Source: a virus (lineage: Duplodnaviria > Caudoviricetes). Taken from it: DNA of 64,000 nt. Below the pieces are notes generated by a model. It did no database searches. It was not told where the DNA came from and was given only the letters and a program-made list of their open reading frames with translations. The DNA is taken from the IMG/VR virus record IMGVR_UViG_3300036376_000009, positions 1 through 64,000 of that record. One strand, given 5' to 3'. Of this stretch, positions 8,651 to 17,193 are shown piece by piece; position 1 is the first letter of the stretch; every line of letters begins with the position of its first letter. Both the position numbers and the translations under genes were made by a program.

Positions 8651-8916
8651 CCGCCCTCGCCATTCTCGCCCTGGTGGCCGTCCTCGAGGCCGTCGTGTGG
8701 CTCGACCGGCTCCGCACCGCCCGCGGGGCCAGCGCCTGGCGCAGCGGCCTGAGCGCGTTCCTGGTGACGCTGACGCGCGTGCTGTTCCTGTGGGCCGGCG
8801 TCCAGGCGGTGATGCGGGACGCGCCGGCCTGGGCGGTCATCACCGCGTACTGCGTGCCCGCCGCGCTCGCGACCGTGGCGGTGCACGCGCTGGTCGAACG
8901 GAGCCCCCGCCCATGA
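8647..8916 (+). CDS. Small multi-pass membrane protein
   Basis: Three hydrophobic segments. Confidence 0.7.
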   Translation: MTALAILALVAVLEAVVWLDRLRTARGASAWRSGLSAFLVTLTRVLFLWAGVQAVMRDAPAWAVITAYCVPAALATVAVHALVERSPRP

Positions 8917-9545
8917 ACACCGTCAGCCTCAGCGTTCCCGGTATCCCCCACGGTCGCCCGCGGCCCAACGCCCGAGCCATGAAGACCAAGAGCGGCAAGT
9001 GGATCGCCCAGGTCTACCACCCCAAGCCCTCGAAGAACCCCCGGCCGGGCAACAAGAAGGACGAGGCTTGGGCGCGTGCCAACGCGTGGTTCGCGGCGGT
9101 GAAGGCCGCGGGCCAGGGCAAGATGCCGAGCGAGCCATGGGACGGGCCTGTCTGGCTCACCATCGACGCGTACTTCCCCAGGCCGCAGCGGCTGGCGAAG
9201 AAGGCGTCCCCGCCAGGGCGCATCCCGCACGTGGCCCGGCCCGACCGGGACAACCTGGACAAGGCCGTGCTCGACGCGCTGAAGGAGGCCGGGCTGTTCA
9301 AGAACGACAGCCAGGTGTACTGCGGCGGGGTGGCGAAGTGGCACGTCGCCCAGGGGTGCGGGCCCGGCGTGCGGATCCGGGCCCGGCTCATCACCGGCGA
9401 CGTGCAGGACCCGTCCGACGTCGTCCGCGAGGTGGCGGACTGGCTCGCCCGCGGCGCCGTGGGCGCTCGCCAGGGCAACACCGTGTTCAACTGCGGGCCG
9501 CGAGACGCGATGGAAGCGGCCCAGCGACTGAGGAGCATCCTGTGA
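8913..9545 (+). CDS. rusA: RusA family Holliday junction resolvase
   Basis: RPDRDNLDKAVLDAL...NDSQV motif. Confidence 0.92.
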   Translation: MNTVSLSVPGIPHGRPRPNARAMKTKSGKWIAQVYHPKPSKNPRPGNKKDEAWARANAWFAAVKAAGQGKMPSEPWDGPVWLTIDAYFPRPQRLAKKASPPGRIPHVARPDRDNLDKAVLDALKEAGLFKNDSQVYCGGVAKWHVAQGCGPGVRIRARLITGDVQDPSDVVREVADWLARGAVGARQGNTVFNCGPRDAMEAAQRLRSIL

Positions 9546-10216
9546 CAGGCCGATCGGCGATCGAACAGGCCATTGCCGGCATTGAGGACGTCAAGGCCTC
9601 GCTGAGCTTGCTGCTCAGGCCCGAGACGAGTGAACAGCAGGTGGGGCTGGTCGAGGGCGCTCCTGAGAACCTCGCCGACCTGATCCCGTGGTTCGAGGGC
9701 CTCAGTTCCAAGCAGCTCAACCTCTGCTGGGTCGCGGCTGTTGTCTGGGCGGTCAACCAGGAGATGGTGCAGGACCGGCGAATCAACCTGCACGCGCTGT
9801 CTCTGTGCCTCGCGGCTGTCCGGGACCGCTGTGCGGGCGGGACACCGCCCGAGCCCACCGCACCCACGCTCACGGCCGACACTCCGGCGGCGACCCAGAC
9901 TGCACCAGCTGCCGAGACCGCATGCGCGGTCGGGATGCCGACCCCGCCCACCACGATCAAGAGTCGGCCGAAGCGCCCGCCCGGTGCGCAGTTGGCCGAG
10001 GCGATCGAGATGCTCGAGGCGAGGTGCCCGAACGTTGGCGACGCCGTGCAGGCGAGCGAGCTCATTGCCGACATCAACCAGCGGTACAAGCTCGTCGAAT
10101 GGTGCCGCGCCAACGAAGGCAGTGCCCAGAACTGGGCGATGCAGGCGAGGAAGTCCGCGACGCCGCGGCCAGGAAAGGTGCCGCTGTGGTTCGTGCGGGT
10201 GGGGCCGCGACCATGA
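9542..10216 (+). CDS. Hypothetical protein
   Basis: Coupled ORF between rusA and the next gene. Confidence 0.6.
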   Translation: MTGRSAIEQAIAGIEDVKASLSLLLRPETSEQQVGLVEGAPENLADLIPWFEGLSSKQLNLCWVAAVVWAVNQEMVQDRRINLHALSLCLAAVRDRCAGGTPPEPTAPTLTADTPAATQTAPAAETACAVGMPTPPTTIKSRPKRPPGAQLAEAIEMLEARCPNVGDAVQASELIADINQRYKLVEWCRANEGSAQNWAMQARKSATPRPGKVPLWFVRVGPRP

Positions 10217-10635
10217 CACGCGCCCGCACGAGAAGAAAGCGGGTCGAGCGGCTCGCCGCGAAGATCGATCTCCCCACCCAGCGGCTGATTCTCGGCGCGT
10301 ACCTGCCGACGGTGCCGCGGGCCTACGGCGGCAGCGTGCGGTCGATGACGATCAAGGCGGTGCTCTGGACGGTCGCGGCGCTCGAGTTCGTGCCCGTGAC
10401 CCGCCGGCAGCTCGCCGACGCGGTCGGCTGCGGCCTGCTCACGCTCGACCGAGCGCTGCTCGTACTCGAGATCTGGCGCATGGTGACCGTGACCAGGCCC
10501 TATCCCAACTCGGGGCTCGGGGTGTACGCGGTGAACCGCGAGGCGCTGGAACGCGCCGTCGACACCCCCGGACTCGAGCTCATCATGAACGTCGAAGAGC
10601 ACCTGGCCAAAACGGAGGCCCTGCCGTGCCAATGA
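10213..10635 (+). CDS. Putative wHTH DNA-binding protein
   Basis: VTRRQLADAVGCGLLTLDRALLVL HTH-like pattern. Confidence 0.6.
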   Translation: MTRARTRRKRVERLAAKIDLPTQRLILGAYLPTVPRAYGGSVRSMTIKAVLWTVAALEFVPVTRRQLADAVGCGLLTLDRALLVLEIWRMVTVTRPYPNSGLGVYAVNREALERAVDTPGLELIMNVEEHLAKTEALPCQ

Positions 10636-11006
10636 AGCCGCTCCGCGCGTGCTCAGTCCCCGGTTGCCGGAACCTCGGCACCGGATCCCGCTGCCCCGCC
10701 CACCAGGAGGCCGCGGACGCGTCCCGCCAGGCGTGGGCGTCCACGGAGGGGTCCGCCTCGAGCCGCGGCTACGGGGCAACCTGGCGGCGGCTGCGGCAGA
10801 TGGTGCTCAACCGCGACCCGATCTGCAGGCAGTGCAGGCGCGAGCCGTCGTTCGCGGTCGACCACGTCGTGCCCAAGGCACGGGGCGGGGACGACTCGAT
10901 GGAGAACCTGCAGGGGCTGTGCCGGGCGTGCCACGCCGCCAAGACCGCCAAGGACGCGGCCCAGGGGCGGAAGCTCACACGTCCAGGTCGAGGGCGGCAA
11001 CGGTGA
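10632..11006 (+). CDS. HNH endonuclease (cos-packaging associated type)
   Basis: RGYGATW...CRQC...VDHVVP...NLQGLCRACHAAKT; sits upstream of TerS. Confidence 0.93.
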   Translation: MKPLRACSVPGCRNLGTGSRCPAHQEAADASRQAWASTEGSASSRGYGATWRRLRQMVLNRDPICRQCRREPSFAVDHVVPKARGGDDSMENLQGLCRACHAAKTAKDAAQGRKLTRPGRGRQR

Positions 11007-11334
11007 CCGACGTCACGGCCGAGTACGTGATCGCGACGATGCCGTTGCCGTCGTTGTACGCGGGCGGGATCGGCCCGATGATCCTGGTCGCGCCCGCGGG
11101 CACAGCGACCACCGTGCTGGTGAGCGACTGGGCGGGGAACTGCCCATCGGCAGCCCGGACCGGGGTGGGGCTGGGAACGCCGACGGTGACGTTGATGCTG
11201 CCGCCGCCACCGTTGGTGACCTGCAGCGCGGTCTTGCCGCGCTGGTTGTTGAGGGTGTCACCCCCCGCCGCGGCGGACGTGGTGGTGATGGTGGTACCGG
11301 CGAGAGCGGGCTTCTGGTTGGTCAGCAGGGCCAT
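10975..11334 (-). CDS. Small beta-rich virion-like protein on the opposite strand
   Basis: Thr/Gly/Val-rich 119 aa; GGAGG SD upstream on the minus strand. Confidence 0.75.
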   Translation of the reverse strand: MALLTNQKPALAGTTITTTSAAAGGDTLNNQRGKTALQVTNGGGGSINVTVGVPSPTPVRAADGQFPAQSLTSTVVAVPAGATRIIGPIPPAYNDGNGIVAITYSAVTSVTVAALDLDV

Positions 11335-11499
11335 GTCCGTGCCTCCTGGCGGGCCCGCGTCCTGCAGGCCGGGGTGTGGTGGGGTCTACCGCGCGAGCGT
11401 ACCGGGCGGCCGCAGCCGGGCAAGTCGGAGGGGTTCGGGTGTTCGGCATCCACCCCCCCCCCCCCCCGGAGGCTGGGGGGGGTACCGGGCGTTAGGGTG

Positions 11500-11606
11500 G
11501 TCCCCCCCGCGGGGGGGGTAGGGGGGTTCAATCCCTGGGAGGGTGCGAGGGGACCGATGCGGGGCCCTCAATTTTCCCGGGCGCAGGTTTTGGAGGGGGG
11601 GGGGTT
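11500..11606. other. Putative cos/packaging site
   Basis: G-tract-rich non-coding region between HNH and TerS (GGGGGTAGGGGGGTTCAATCCCT...GACCG...TTTT...GGGGG), the typical location and composition for HNH-associated cos phages. Confidence 0.6.
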
Positions 11607-11615
11607 GGAGGTCAA

Positions 11616-11867
11616 ATGAGCGACGACACAACACGGACAGCGGAGGTCGCGGAACGCGTCCGCCGGCTGTGGGCCGGCCTCGAGGAGGCGCTGACGCCAA
11701 TGAGAGAGTGGTACATGAACGGAGTTCTGAACCTCACTCTGGGTTCGCTGACCTGGAGCGATGAGCAGATGTCGCAGTTTGGCGATGCGACCGCGAAGAA
11801 ACTCCGGCTCGCTCGCGAGGCCATCGACCGAGCGCTGGCCTGTGAGCCGCCCAGCCGGGAAGGATGA
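11616..11867 (+). CDS. Hypothetical protein
   Basis: GGAGG SD, ATG. Confidence 0.6.
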   Translation: MSDDTTRTAEVAERVRRLWAGLEEALTPMREWYMNGVLNLTLGSLTWSDEQMSQFGDATAKKLRLAREAIDRALACEPPSREG

Positions 11868-11871
11868 CGCG

Positions 11872-12444
11872 ATGGGAGCTCGAGGACCTCAGCCCAAGCC
11901 AACCGTGTTGAAGCGCGCCGCGGGGAACCCCGGCCGCCGCGAGCTCAACGCGAACGAGCCGATCCCGCCGGCGGGGGACGTCGTCGCGCCGCCCTGGCTC
12001 GATGAGCAGGCCCGGCGCGTGTGGGACCACGTCGCCCCCGTGCTGATCTCGATGAAGACGCTGACCGTCGCCGACGTCTTCCCGTTCGCCCGGTATTGCG
12101 AGATGCAGGCGCGATACTGGGAGCTGCGCCGCGAGCTGATGACCAAGGGGCCGCGGGGCGCCACGTACATGATCCCCGGGCCGGACGGCAAGCCGCGCTA
12201 CCAGACTGAGCGTGCCGAGATGATCGAGTTCCGCCGGCTGCCCAGCGAGCTGCTCAAGCTCGAGGACCGCTTCGGCATGTCGGCCGCGGCCCGCTCCCGC
12301 ATCAACGTGCAGGCCGTCCTGGGCCCCGCTCCCGAGACCACGCTCGGCCTGGCGGGCGGGTCCGACGCCGGCCCGCTGCCCCCGGCGCCCCGGCGACGGT
12401 TCGACCTCTTCACCGGCGGGGGAAAGCAGCGCCCGCCGGCGTAG
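11872..12444 (+). CDS. terS: Terminase small subunit, P27 family
   Basis: RGPQPKPT...GNPG...PPWL...FGMSAAARSRI. Confidence 0.92.
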   Translation: MGARGPQPKPTVLKRAAGNPGRRELNANEPIPPAGDVVAPPWLDEQARRVWDHVAPVLISMKTLTVADVFPFARYCEMQARYWELRRELMTKGPRGATYMIPGPDGKPRYQTERAEMIEFRRLPSELLKLEDRFGMSAAARSRINVQAVLGPAPETTLGLAGGSDAGPLPPAPRRRFDLFTGGGKQRPPA

Positions 12445-12453
12445 TGAATCTCC

Positions 12454-14136
12454 GTGCCAAAGCCCGTCCCGAAGCCCGCGAAGCGTCCGCCCGCGGCTCG
12501 CCGCCGCAAGCCGGTCCGGCGCGCACCGGCGCCGTCGCGGCTTGACCTGGGCGAGCAGGGCTCGCCCGTCGAGCTCAGGATGGACGCCCGGCTGCGGGCC
12601 CGCGGGTACTGGTTTTCCAAGCACGCCGCCGACCGGGTGTGCGAGTTCTTCGAGTGGTGTCTGAAGCACAGCAAAGGGCGCTGGGCGCAGCGGCTGTTCA
12701 AGCTCCAGACCTGGCAGAAGAAGTACCTGCGCCGGCTGTTCGGCTGGTTCCGGCCGGACCACACGCGCCGGTACCGCCGCACCAGCGCGTGGATCCCCCG
12801 CAAAAACGGCAAGAGCACGCTCGCCGCGGGCATCGCCCTGTACCTGGCGTTCGCGGACAACGAGCACGCCGCCGAGGTCTACCTCGCGGCCAGCGCCGCC
12901 GAGCAGGCCGCCATCGTGTACACCGAGGCCAAGCGCATGGCGCTGGGGTCCGAGGACCTGGCCGAGTCGATCGAGGTCTCGAAGGTCTCGCTCCTGCAGC
13001 CCAGGTCGCTGTCCAGCGTCCAGATGCTGACCTCGAAGGCCAGCTCCAAGCACGGGTTCAACCCGCACGCGTGCATTATCGACGAGGTGCACGCGATCAA
13101 GGACCGCGAGCTGTACGACGTTCTTACGTCGGGCTCGACCGCCCGCGAGCAGCCGATGGAGGTGGTGATCTCCACCGCCGGCTACGACCGCAACAGCGTC
13201 GGCTGGGAGATCTGGGACTACGCCTGCAAGGTCCGCGACGGGATCATCGAGGACCCCGAGTACCTCCCGCTGATCTTCGCGGCCGACCCGACCGACGACT
13301 GGCACAGCCCGGCGGTCTGGAAGAAGGCGAATCCCAACCTCGGCGTCACCTTCACGCTCGCGGCGTTCCGCGCCGAGTACATGAAGGCGCGGAACTCCCC
13401 CGGGCGAGAGAACGCCTTCCGCCGCCTGCACCTCAACCAGTGGACCGAGCAGGCCACCCGCTGGATGTCCATGGACAAGTGGGACGCCTGCAACGGCCCG
13501 GTCGACCTGCGCACGCTCGGCCCCGAAGCCTGGCTCGGCATGGACCTGTCGAAGCGCACGGACCTCAGCGCCGTCGGCGCGGTGTTCAAGGACGCCGACG
13601 ACTGGGCGGCGCACCTGTGGCTCTACCTGCCCGAGGACGACATCGAGGACCGCGAGCGCCGCGACGGCGTCCCGTACCGGCTCTGGGCCAGGCAGGGGTA
13701 CATCACGCTGACCCCCGGCAACGTCATCGACTACTCGTTCATCCGCACGCAGGTCCTGGAGATCGCCACCCAGTTCGAGATCCAGGAGCTCGCGTACGAC
13801 CCCCACGGCGCCACGCAGCTGGCCATCCAGCTCCGCGACGACGGGATCAACTGCTTCGAGTTCGGCCAGGGCATGAAGTACATGAGCGAGCCGACCAAGG
13901 CCCTCGAGGCCCTGGTCCTGCAGCGCCGGCTGCGGCACGGGGGGAACCCGGTGCTCCGCTGGATGGTGTCCAACGCCGCGGTGATCGGGGACTCCAGCGG
14001 CAACATCAAGCTGGCGAAGCACAAGAGCACCGGCCGAATCGACGGCCTGGTGGCGCTTGTTATGGCGCTGGCACGCGGTACGCTCGGCGAGGATCAGACG
14101 TCGGTGTACGAGACGCGAGGGATCTTGTCCGTATGA
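12454..14136 (+). CDS. terL: Terminase large subunit
   Basis: PRKNGKST Walker A, IIDEVH Walker B, GMDLS and IDGLVA nuclease motifs. Confidence 0.97.
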   Translation: MPKPVPKPAKRPPAARRRKPVRRAPAPSRLDLGEQGSPVELRMDARLRARGYWFSKHAADRVCEFFEWCLKHSKGRWAQRLFKLQTWQKKYLRRLFGWFRPDHTRRYRRTSAWIPRKNGKSTLAAGIALYLAFADNEHAAEVYLAASAAEQAAIVYTEAKRMALGSEDLAESIEVSKVSLLQPRSLSSVQMLTSKASSKHGFNPHACIIDEVHAIKDRELYDVLTSGSTAREQPMEVVISTAGYDRNSVGWEIWDYACKVRDGIIEDPEYLPLIFAADPTDDWHSPAVWKKANPNLGVTFTLAAFRAEYMKARNSPGRENAFRRLHLNQWTEQATRWMSMDKWDACNGPVDLRTLGPEAWLGMDLSKRTDLSAVGAVFKDADDWAAHLWLYLPEDDIEDRERRDGVPYRLWARQGYITLTPGNVIDYSFIRTQVLEIATQFEIQELAYDPHGATQLAIQLRDDGINCFEFGQGMKYMSEPTKALEALVLQRRLRHGGNPVLRWMVSNAAVIGDSSGNIKLAKHKSTGRIDGLVALVMALARGTLGEDQTSVYETRGILSV

Positions 14137-14324
14137 GGGAGCTGCTGGCCGATGGACTGCTGTTGGGCGGGCTCGCGAGCGTCGCGGTCGGGCTGTGGTG
14201 GATCGACCCGGCGATCGCCCTGGTGGTGGTCGGCGCCCTGATGGTGGTGGTGGCCATGGGCCTGGCCGGGGCCCGCGGCAGGCGGATCGTCGGCCCGCCC
14301 GGCCGGGCCCAGCGGGACCGGTAG
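14133..14324 (+). CDS. Small two-TM membrane protein
   Basis: Hydrophobic; common position between TerL and portal. Confidence 0.7.
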   Translation: MRELLADGLLLGGLASVAVGLWWIDPAIALVVVGALMVVVAMGLAGARGRRIVGPPGRAQRDR

Positions 14325-14342
14325 TCGAGCGGGAGGCACGCC

Positions 14343-16127
14343 TTGAGCCTGGTGCGCGACATCATGTCGGGGTTGGGGCTGGCCCGGCGCGGGCGCGTCA
14401 TCGCCGGCGCGCACCCGTCCGATGACAACGGCTGGTGGGGCGGGGCCCTGCGGGGCACGTCCGCCGCCGGCGTCGAGGTGGACGAGTGGCTCGCTTTGGG
14501 GCTCAGCACGTTCTGGTGCTGCGTCAGCTCGATCTCCGCGGACATCGCCAAGCTCCCCGTACACCTCTACATGCGGGCCGAGGACGACGGCGGGTACCGC
14601 GAGCGCGTGCGCGACCACCCGGCCGCGGATCTCATGTCGCTCGAGCCCAACGAGGAGTCCACGGCGTTCACCCTCCGCGAGAGCCTGATCCGCGACGCGC
14701 TGGTGTGGGGCGGCGGGTTCGCCGAGGTCGAGCGCACCCGCGCGGGCGACCCCCTGAAGCTCTGGTGGCTCAAGCCCTGGCGGATGGGCCTGCGCCGGCT
14801 CACCAGCGGGCTGCTCGTGTACGAGTACGTGGACGACGACGGGCGGACCAAGCGGCTCGCCCCCGAGGACGTCGTGCACGTGCGCGGCCTGGGCGACTCG
14901 CTCCGCGGGTGGAGCGTGGTCCGCTTCGCCCGCGAGACCATCGGCGGCGTCTACGCCGTCGAGCAGTACGGCCGCCGGTTCTTCGGAAACGGCGGGCACC
15001 CCAGCGCCGTGCTCGAGCACCCGGGCAAGCTGGGCGAGGCGGCGCTGAAGCACCTCCGCGAGAGCTTCGAGGAGATCCACAACGGGCCGGACAAGGCCCA
15101 CCGCCTGGCGGTCCTCGAGCAGGGCATGAAACTCTCGAAGTGGTCGGTCCCGCCCGAGGACGGCCAGTTTCTGCAGAGCCGCCAGTTCAACGTTGCGGAG
15201 ATCTGCCGGTGGTTCCGGTTCCCCGTGCACAAGGCCGGCGACCTCAGCCGCGCGACCTTCAGCAACATCGAGCAGCAGAGCCTGGACTATCTGGGCGACT
15301 GCCTGCACCCCTGGATGGTGCGCGTCGAGCAGGAATTCAGCCGCAAGCTGCTGCGGCCCGACGAGCGGCGGGCGATGTACTTCGAGCACCTGGCGTCGGC
15401 GCTGCTGCGGACCGACCTCAAGACCCGCAGCGAGGCGTACGACAAGGCGATCAAGGGCGGGTGGATGAGCCCCGACGAGGTCCGGGCCGCGGAGAACCGG
15501 CCGCCGATCGCGGACGGGAAGGGCAACATCTTCCTGGTGCCGGTGAACATGACCACGCCGGCGACGCTCAAGGCCCAGGAGGAGAAGGTCCTCGCGGGCG
15601 AGGACGAGCCCGCCGACCCGGCGGCGCCGGCGCCCAAGCCCGCGGATCCGGCCGCGGACCCGTCCGACCCGCCCCAGGACGCCCAGCGGGCCCGCCTGCT
15701 GACCGCGGCGTGCGAGGGGCAGCACGAGGTGGTGGCCGCCGCGCTGCGCCGCCTGGCCCGCACGCTGGGGGACAAGGCCAAGCGGGCGGCGAAGGACGAG
15801 GCGTCCTGGTCGGAGTTCGGGGGCGTGCTCGCGGACCAGGTGCCGGCGCAGCGAGAGCTGCTGCCGGCCGTCGAGGCCGCCCTGGACGTCGGCGCCCGGC
15901 TGGTGCCCGGAGGGTGCACCACCCCGGCGGTCGGCCTGGCGGGGGCCCTGGCGCGGGCGTGGTGCGACCGGTCGGTGGAGCTGGCCGGGGCGCTGGCGGC
16001 GGCGGACGCGGGCGAGGTCGCGGGCTGGGAGCGTTCCCGCCCGGACGCGGAGGCGGGAGAGCTGGTCCGGGCCCTGGCCCGAACGGTGGTCGGGGCGTGG
16101 AGCCCCCAGGAGGTCGATCGTGGCTGA
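14343..16127 (+). CDS. Portal protein (HK97 family) with C-terminal extension
   Basis: QFLQSRQF...FRFP...SNIEQ...MSPDEVRAAENRPP. Confidence 0.95.
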   Translation: MSLVRDIMSGLGLARRGRVIAGAHPSDDNGWWGGALRGTSAAGVEVDEWLALGLSTFWCCVSSISADIAKLPVHLYMRAEDDGGYRERVRDHPAADLMSLEPNEESTAFTLRESLIRDALVWGGGFAEVERTRAGDPLKLWWLKPWRMGLRRLTSGLLVYEYVDDDGRTKRLAPEDVVHVRGLGDSLRGWSVVRFARETIGGVYAVEQYGRRFFGNGGHPSAVLEHPGKLGEAALKHLRESFEEIHNGPDKAHRLAVLEQGMKLSKWSVPPEDGQFLQSRQFNVAEICRWFRFPVHKAGDLSRATFSNIEQQSLDYLGDCLHPWMVRVEQEFSRKLLRPDERRAMYFEHLASALLRTDLKTRSEAYDKAIKGGWMSPDEVRAAENRPPIADGKGNIFLVPVNMTTPATLKAQEEKVLAGEDEPADPAAPAPKPADPAADPSDPPQDAQRARLLTAACEGQHEVVAAALRRLARTLGDKAKRAAKDEASWSEFGGVLADQVPAQRELLPAVEAALDVGARLVPGGCTTPAVGLAGALARAWCDRSVELAGALAAADAGEVAGWERSRPDAEAGELVRALARTVVGAWSPQEVDRG

Positions 16128-16770
16128 CGCACTCAAGCCGGTGAAGGGTTCCCTCGAGCGCCGCATCGCCCGCGTGGGGGAGCTGCGGGCCGAGGACCTG
16201 GGCGGCGGCAAGCGGGTGCTCCGCGGGTACTCCGCGGTGTACGACCTCGAGAGCGACCTGCTGGGCGGGTGGTTCGTGGAGGTCATCCGCCAGGGCGCGT
16301 TTGACGACGTCCTCAAGGCGGCCCCCGACGTCCGCTGCCTGTTCAACCACGACCCCAACCAGGTGCTCGGCCGCACCAAGGCCGGGACGCTGGCGCTGCG
16401 GGCCGACGCCCGCGGGCTGCACATGGAGTGCCAGGTGCCGACCACGCGCACCGCGGACGACGTGTACGCGATGGTGACCCGCGGGGACGTGAGCCAGCAG
16501 AGCTTCGCGTTCGTGGTCGGGGAGGACCGCTGGACGTTCAGCAACGACCGCAGCAAGCCGACGCTGCGGGAGATTCTGCGCGTGGCCGAGCTCTACGACG
16601 TCGGGCCCGTGACGTTCCCCGCGTACCCGGACACCGACGTCGGCGCGCGGTCGGGCGTCTCGAAGGCCGACGCCGAGGCGATCTACCAGGACGCGCTGGC
16701 CCGCGAGCGCGGCCAGGACGACATGCGGCTGGCGCGGCTGCGGCTGGCCGAGGCGGAACTGCGCGGTTGA
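16120..16770 (+). CDS. HK97-family prohead protease
   Basis: LFNHD...QSFAF...YDVGPVTFPAYPDT. Confidence 0.95.
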   Translation: MADALKPVKGSLERRIARVGELRAEDLGGGKRVLRGYSAVYDLESDLLGGWFVEVIRQGAFDDVLKAAPDVRCLFNHDPNQVLGRTKAGTLALRADARGLHMECQVPTTRTADDVYAMVTRGDVSQQSFAFVVGEDRWTFSNDRSKPTLREILRVAELYDVGPVTFPAYPDTDVGARSGVSKADAEAIYQDALARERGQDDMRLARLRLAEAELRG

Positions 16771-16794
16771 CCCGGGCGCGGGCGCGGGCAGTAT
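16767..16794 (+). promoter_or_regulatory. Promoter-like TTGACC-N16-CAGTAT
   Basis: Member of the repeated motif; overlaps the protease stop codon. Confidence 0.65.
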
Positions 16795-16801
16795 GCCCGC
16801 C

Positions 16802-17017
16802 ATGGACAACAGGCACAGCTCGCCGTGGCTCGCCGCGACCGCCATCGGTCTCGGCTCCGCCCTCAACCAGCACACGCTCACCCTCCATGCGATCCCGCGG
16901 CCCGACGCGCCGCCCGGGTGGTACGACCGGCAGACCCGCACCGACGAGAGCCCGCGGCGGCCCAAGGGCCGGCGCCGTCCGGCCAGGCGCAACGCGCAGA
17001 ACCAGGGCCGCCGCTGA
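16802..17017 (+). CDS. Small basic protein, possibly leaderless
   Basis: ATG 7 nt after the -10 box; GC3-rich codons. Confidence 0.5.
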   Translation: MDNRHSSPWLAATAIGLGSALNQHTLTLHAIPRPDAPPGWYDRQTRTDESPRRPKGRRRPARRNAQNQGRR

Positions 17018-17020
17018 CGC

Positions 17021-17048
17021 TTGACCCCGGCACGCGCACGGGAAGTAT
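17021..17048 (+). promoter_or_regulatory. Promoter-like TTGACC-N16-AAGTAT upstream of the capsid gene
   Basis: Repeated motif. Confidence 0.7.
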
Positions 17049-17193
17049 GCGAGCAGACAGCGGCGCCGCGGTCGGCAGCCCCATCGGGGTGAGGACGGCG
17101 GGTGTAGGCCGCGAGGGTCTGACCAGGAGCCCATCGGGCGCCGGGCCGGACGCTCCGGACGTTCCACCAACCCACTTGCCAGGAGGGCACCCC

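Noticed and set aside
11520-11540. GGGGGTTCAATCCC as a tRNA fragment
   Set aside because: No other tRNA arms; better explained as part of the cos-like region.
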